DNA from: Macrostomum lignano
Taxonomy: Eukaryota
Length of the DNA stretch: 64,000 nt
Assembly (NCBI GenBank): GCA_002269645.1
Contig: NIVC01002077.1
Location: 142,825 to 206,824 of the forward strand
Reading direction: 5' to 3'
Positions 61,701-64,000 of this stretch are shown in pieces; position 1 is the stretch's first letter, and every line of letters begins with the position of its first letter. The translations under genes were made by a program, and so were the position numbers. Below the pieces are notes generated by a model. That model had not been told where the DNA came from and made no database searches. It worked only from the letters and a program-made list of their open reading frames with translations.

Positions 61701-62975
61701 ACTTCACAAGAACAAAGCTTCACGAACCCGAAAATTCACAACACCCAATTTCAATGCAGGCATTTTCACAACTCTCAGTTTTTACGCATGCACTTTAAGT
61801 ATTGTAGTTGTGGGTAATGTGAACTGTGAAGTCTGGAGGTTGTGAATTCGAGTCTTGAGAAATATGAAGTTTCGGGTTTGTGAAAGCACCCACAAAAGAA
61901 AGCGCGAACCAACCTCGTGACAGATGGGGCAGGCAAAGCAGCAGCCGGAGCCCGCCAGCGGCACCTGGTCGATGACTTTGCCGCCTGGCCGGCAGCGAAT
62001 GTTGACGGCAGCGGCCGGCGGCTCCGACTTGCAGGCGGGCGCCGGGCAGCGGAATTCGCTGTCGCCAGCGGCACGGCGCCGCTCCACGTGGCTGAGCAGG
62101 CAGGCCAGGTGGAAATTGTGCCGCCGCCTGGCGGGCAGGTGTCGGCATGGCAGCACTCCTCGCGCTGACCGAGCGGCCGGAGGCACAGCGGGCAGGTGTG
62201 CGGCTGTGCGAGCAAATGAGTGGGGATGGGCTGGGATTGGGTGGGATCCACTGAAGGCCACTCCTGACCCACTGACGGCCACTCCTGACCCACTGACGGC
62301 CACTCCTGACCCACTGACGGCCACTCCTGATCCACTGACTGTCACACCTGACCCACTGACTGGCACTCCAGATCCACTGACTATCACACCTGATCCATTG
62401 ACTGTCACTTCTGACTCACTGACTGCCACTCCTGACCCACTGACTGCCACTCCTGACCCACTGACGGCCACTCCTGACCCACTGACTGTTACTCCTGACC
62501 CACTGACTGTCACACCTGACCCACTGACTGCCACTCCTGACCCACTGACTGTTACTCCTGACCCACTAACTGTCACTCCTGACCCACTGACTGTCACACC
62601 TGACCCACGGACTGTTACTCCTGACCCACTGACTGTCACTCCTGACCCACGGACTGTTACTCCTGACTCACTGACTGTCACACCTGACCCACTGACTGCC
62701 ACTCTTGACCCACTGACTGCCACTCCTGACCCACTGACTGCCACTTCTGACCCACTGACTGCCACTTCCTTCAAACCTAACTGCCACTCTCTATGCCATT
62801 GAGGCTGTGAGAAAAAATAAACACAACCATTACTAACATCATTTTCTGCTTCCTCAGCAGTAGCAATTGCAGAATCTGCATTTGTGCCAGCAATTGATCC
62901 ATTTGTAAGCTTCATACGCTTTTCTATGGTTGATGCATTCTTCTTGGGCACTGATGCTAATGCATTATCATCCAT
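52684..62975 (-). CDS. PHRF1: PHRF1-like RING + PHD + SRI protein with an extra N-terminal RING module, 7 exons, about 905 aa if the frameshift is repaired
   Basis: Exons 62975-62838 (tentative), 62203-61914, 61304-61040, 60678-59999, 59522-59236, 55127-54179, 52791-52684, with matching phases. RING CPICHE|[35 protein letters not shown]; PHD CAVCFQG|[38 protein letters not shown]; SRI-like [17 protein letters not shown]...KKAVTK|[25 protein letters not shown]. This domain order is that of PHRF1. Confidence 0.85.
53030..54140. repeat. 20-bp composite minisatellite (TGTCTCTTGATGGGCGCCCC family), PHRF1 intron 6
   Basis: Visible, with higher-order blocks. Confidence 0.93.
54179..55127 (-). CDS. 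PHRF1: PHRF1-like exon 6 (polyPro, N-part of SRI domain)
   Basis: TTCTTTTTAG|C acceptor (phase 2); AAG|GTTAGT donor. Confidence 0.85.
56885..57117. repeat. Near-perfect 20-bp minisatellite (TCTGGTTCTTGTTTTCCTTG) x about 11, PHRF1 intron 5
   Basis: Visible. Confidence 0.95.
59236..59522 (-). CDS. PHRF1: PHRF1-like exon 5 (K/R-rich)
   Basis: AACTTAG|GCA acceptor (phase 0); AG|GTGAGC donor (phase 2) matches the exon 6 acceptor. Confidence 0.75.
59999..60678 (-). CDS. PHRF1: PHRF1-like exon 4 (PHD finger, acidic and basic tracts)
   Basis: CTCTTAG|GC acceptor; LLCDGCD..YHTDCL..W.CPDC; CCG|GTTAGT donor. Confidence 0.92.
60810..60975. repeat. Degenerate about 20-bp repeat (GGGGCGATTTTTCTAAATTTA), PHRF1 intron 3
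   Basis: About 6-7 copies. Confidence 0.8.
61040..61304 (-). CDS. PHRF1: PHRF1-like exon 3 (RING, start of PHD)
   Basis: TTCAAG|GTG acceptor; G|GTGCGT donor. Confidence 0.9.
61459..61886. mobile_element. Possible MITE/foldback in PHRF1 intron 2 with an amplified left end
   Basis: Perfect 20-bp inverted repeat CTTTCACAAACCCGAAACTT (61459-61478) / AAGTTTCGGGTTTGTGAAAG (61867-61886). A degenerate tandem array of the left motif runs to about 61745. Confidence 0.5.
61914..62203 (-). CDS. PHRF1: PHRF1-like exon 2 (RING-H2-like module, contains apparent frameshift)
   Basis: CACAG|CCG acceptor; CPLC...DTC in one frame and HNFHLAC...CPAPAC...CPICHE in another; 290 nt where 291 would keep frame. Confidence 0.75.
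62247..62770. repeat. 21-bp minisatellite (CCACTCCTGACCCACTGACTG) x about 25, PHRF1 intron 1
   Basis: Visible. Confidence 0.95.
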
Positions 62976-64000
62976 GGCACAAGTGCCTTGATTGAAGTGG
63001 CATGAAAAAGATGCATTATAATCATGCACTATAATTTATGATTTTATCTTTAATGTGTTTTAGCTTTTGTTCTGTATATATAAAAACATTATGCAAATAT
63101 AATTGTTATTTTTAGTTTTTAACTTTATGTGATTGAAATTAAATATCAAAGTCACTAGTCTAGTACCATTTAATATTGACAAGATTAAGCTTTGCAGAGG
63201 TAATGTATTTAGCATATATTGGCATATACAAAAAATAGGTCTTTTTTGGGGTACATATAGTCTTTTGAACGATGAACTATGGCTTTAGGCAAGAATAGGT
63301 TTCCATCTTTATATTTTACAACTAAGTAGCTATAAGTTTTTATAAAGCTAAAAATATGAAATTAAAAATCAAGCCAAGGAAATTTAAAGCACTAAATTCT
63401 AAGAAAAGTAAAACAACAAATAATTGGCAAAAAAACTATTGCCAGTATAGGCTACTCTATATCAATAATATGCCAATGCCACTATGTTAGCATTGTTTTT
63501 CATTCTTTTTTGGTTCTTAAAACTTATTTTTAAAAGTAGGCTAGCCAAAGCTAATTTAAAAGCAGAACAAAGGAAAGAGCGAGAGCAATCTTTTGGTTTT
63601 TTGCTCTAAATTAGTTTTAACCCTTTTTGACTCTAAAGTCTAAGTCTGAGTATGGCTAGGCCTAGCTAACCTTGACCCCTTTCAAAGTTGGCGTACAAAT
63701 TTTGGCATACAAATTTATGCCAATTTTTTGGCTTACCAATTTTGGTGAATAAATTCATGCCATGCATGAAAATTGTAATGTAAATTAACCTTTTACATAA
63801 AATAAAGGAAAATTTGTATAGTCTAGAAAGTCAATGATAAACTTTTAGGCTTTCTTAAAATTAACAATAAAAAACTGGTATAAATGATTGCTAAGATGTT
63901 AATTTTGCATTATTTTTTCTGTAGGCTTAATTTTAAGTTTGTTTAAAATGAAATATTTGTAAATTTTAAAAAGACTTTTTTGAACAAAAGCCTTTCTTAA

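Noticed and set aside
62124-62170. Micro-intron to explain the RING frameshift
   Set aside because: The 42-nt GT-AG option keeps the wrong frame; the 29-nt option is too short and removes a zinc ligand.
61782-63029. 415-aa ORF with (VSGSGVT)n as a single-exon protein
   Set aside because: The middle is the 21-bp intronic array; only the ends belong to PHRF1-like exons 1 and 2.

Overview
This is animal genomic DNA, not prokaryotic. It has GC-rich, CAG/poly-Ala-rich exons, canonical GT-AG introns, AT-rich spacers and many tandem repeats. The style suggests a free-living flatworm such as Macrostomum, but that is inference only. Four protein-coding genes can be rebuilt by hand with consistent splice phases. 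(1) A 13-exon fat facets/USP9X deubiquitinase on + (6954-22534, about 2780 aa). (2) A 3-exon NK2.1/scarecrow homeobox gene on - (40974-37273, 414 aa). (3) An intronless class A peptide-type GPCR on + (48670-50112). (4) A 7-exon PHRF1-like RING-PHD-SRI gene on - (about 62975-52684) with an extra N-terminal RING module that is split by an apparent 1-nt frameshift. There is also a tRNA-derived CORE-like SINE, a tRNA-like relic and MITE/foldback-like inverted repeats. Most long ORFs in the supplied track are artefacts of stop-free repeats. The most striking pattern is that 15 of the 20 modelled introns, including all but one intron over 300 bp, carry their own private tandem repeat. Several repeat units are themselves splice-site-like. 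One array is a stack of about 55-60 3' splice-site units ending in the real acceptor. One 40-mer straddles an intron/exon junction 19 times. One offers 20 in-frame alternative acceptors. Three contain repeated AG|GT motifs.
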